DNA from: Nitrosopumilus sp.
Lineage (GTDB): Archaea; Thermoproteota; Nitrososphaeria; Nitrososphaerales; Nitrosopumilaceae
Length of the DNA: 64,000 nucleotides
Direction: 5' to 3'
Assembly (NCBI GenBank): GCA_965223425.1
Contig: CBDCWS010000001.1
Span: 32,001-96,000, forward strand
The notes under the pieces are model-generated. The model was not told the DNA's origin and did not search any database. It was given only the letters and a program-made list of their open reading frames with translations. Of this stretch, positions 62,419-64,000 are shown one piece after another. A program made the position numbers and the translations under genes. Within the stretch, counting starts at the first letter, position 1. The number at the start of each line of letters is the position of its first letter.

Positions 62419-62672
62419 TGATTTTCAAGGAGGCATCGCTGCGTAAGAAAGTGGCGAGGCTGCGGAAGTTGGCAAGTGCTGTTTTCAAAAGCAAAACAGA
62501 ACGTAACCTTTTGCGAGCCGTGCAGAGATGCTGCTGCCGTTGGGCATTCCCGAAGGGAAACATCATCTCTATGTAGCCTCACAACCTCGCGACTTTCTAA
62601 TCCCTGCCTCACAGAAAAGTCGTAGTTTCCGTTCGGCTCGCCCGAAGGGAAACCACGACTTTTCAGATTGGG

Positions 62673-63125
62673 TTATTCACGTTCATCATCAGATGCGCAT
62701 GGGTCAGCATTCAGGGTGTCATCCAGACGCGTCACATCCGCCCTTAATCCCTCTTGCCCTTTCGACAACGCCCTGAAGTTTGAAAACAGAAGTTCCAACC
62801 GTTTATACATTTCATTCTGTAGGGTGTCTACCGACTGGACAATCGTCTTGGGATCGGCATTGACATCCTTGATAGCAAGGTTCTCATATTGGACATCTCT
62901 TATCAGAAAACTATTCCAATACTTGGTATGAATATCCGCACCGATATACACGTGCGTGTTCTTTACACCTATCGCTAAATCGCCACTGTCCATAAGCGGA
63001 CGGACAAGTTTCTCTTTAGAGAAATGTAGCCAGTAAGAACCATCTTCACGGCAACGAAACACCGGAGCATCTTCGACGATCCCCTTTTGCGTGAAGGTCA
63101 ATTTTGTTGGATACAAGATTACCAC
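62673..63125 (-). CDS. Hypothetical protein
   Basis: 150-aa ORF with C-terminal coiled coil. Confidence 0.5.
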   Translation of the reverse strand: MVILYPTKLTFTQKGIVEDAPVFRCREDGSYWLHFSKEKLVRPLMDSGDLAIGVKNTHVYIGADIHTKYWNSFLIRDVQYENLAIKDVNADPKTIVQSVDTLQNEMYKRLELLFSNFRALSKGQEGLRADVTRLDDTLNADPCASDDERE

Positions 63126-63137
63126 TGTCTTTGCCTC

Positions 63138-63527
63138 CTAAAGATACCGACGCCAGACTTCGCCGTTGGTATGGCGGAATAGGTCAGCCGCGAGGTCTGA
63201 ATCGTCGATGTCTAACATCCATTCCGATGCCCCGACGTTCCACGTATAGATTTTCAAGGGGATTGGATGTACCTTATTTTCGTTGTCGAAAGCCTCGATC
63301 CAGTCCCAAAGCCGTTCGTTGATTGTCAGTTGCGTCAGTGTTTCTCCGTTGGCATCAAGGATGGATGCACATTCGTTGTCAATACAAGCGTTGCAGTCGG
63401 GGAACATCCGTTCTAACGCCCGCGCGACGGGGCATGCTTCGCAACTCCCATGAATGCCGTGTTGAATATCAGCGTCTGTGACGTTGCCCTTCATGCCGTC
63501 GAGTGTTGTGAAATCTAAATACGTCAT
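63138..63527 (-). CDS. Hypothetical phage-type protein
   Basis: VTDADIQHG......CPVARAL...WIEAFD. Confidence 0.55.
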   Translation of the reverse strand: MTYLDFTTLDGMKGNVTDADIQHGIHGSCEACPVARALERMFPDCNACIDNECASILDANGETLTQLTINERLWDWIEAFDNENKVHPIPLKIYTWNVGASEWMLDIDDSDLAADLFRHTNGEVWRRYL

Positions 63528-63564
63528 TGATTTTCAGGGACGTGTCGCCACGCCCCTGCCCTCA

Positions 63565-63999
63565 TTAGATAAAACCTTCTTCCTTGAGGCTGACAAATAT
63601 CCCGTCACCGATGATGACGTGATCCAAAACCTTGATCCCGATGTGGTTGCCCGCCTCTATCAATTGCTTCGTCGTCTGAATATCCTCTTGGCTCGGCCGT
63701 GGATCGCCCGATGGGTGATTATGAACAAGCACGATGGTATTCGCCGATTCCTCAATGGCAAATCTGAAAATCTCGCGCGGGTGAAAGACACTGGCATTCA
63801 GCGTTCCCTCAAAGACGGTGGACTCGCCAAGTAGTTTGCCCCACGTCAAATCGCCCGCAAGATCGCCCGCTCTGCCTTTCGTCGTCACGTTGCCCTTCGT
63901 GTCAAGACACAACACACAAACGATCTCCTTGTGTAGATACCGCATTTTTGACATCATCAGGTCGGCAACATCACTCGGCGCGGTGATCTTATCCTTCTC
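63565..63999 (-). CDS. radC: RadC-like JAB domain protein; 5' end lies outside the window
   Basis: HPREIF..AI...A..IVLVHNHPSGDPRPSQED, VLDHVIIG. Confidence 0.92.
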   Translation of the reverse strand, partial: EKDKITAPSDVADLMMSKMRYLHKEIVCVLCLDTKGNVTTKGRAGDLAGDLTWGKLLGESTVFEGTLNASVFHPREIFRFAIEESANTIVLVHNHPSGDPRPSQEDIQTTKQLIEAGNHIGIKVLDHVIIGDGIFVSLKEEGFI

Positions 64000-64000
64000 G

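Overview
Accessory, heavily transposon-scarred mosaic of plasmid/prophage-like modules and cargo genes. The host is probably Candidatus Poribacteria, inferred only from the K-x-x-x-T-W-x-x-L-K C-terminal signature on a lamin-tail protein and a LamG protein, plus an ECF-sigma/beta-propeller fusion. No core housekeeping, rRNA, tRNA or CRISPR loci were seen. Contents in order: a truncated UvrD-domain polyvalent gene; a putative replicon (two wHTH proteins, structured leader, palindromic iterons); three tnpB-only elements; a giant lamin-tail surface protein; a ParB/MT-A70 phage remnant; an IS pile (IS982 x2, IS630 x2, IS701, an IS4-like element, ISL2, IS3, several MITEs); an ECF/ABC/NEW3/TolC export locus between Cre-like recombinase remnants; a type Ib parA-parG-parS module; a RelE toxin-antitoxin pair; an IS3-split OLD nuclease; and a RadC/LexA-N/integrase/ParB region. 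The strongest unexplained signals are: (1) a 62-nt covarying pseudoknotted RNA leader in front of all three otherwise divergent tnpB genes; (2) repeated apparent in-frame 3-bp insertions converting GG^CC to GG-WNW-CC in conserved transposase motifs, in a GGCC-poor sequence; (3) sequence-unrelated cloverleaf inserts sharing TGCGG...CCGA ends; (4) two candidate sRNAs sharing an anti-Shine-Dalgarno seed; (5) orphan omega-RNA-like loci lacking tnpB. All calls were made by eye with no database searches.
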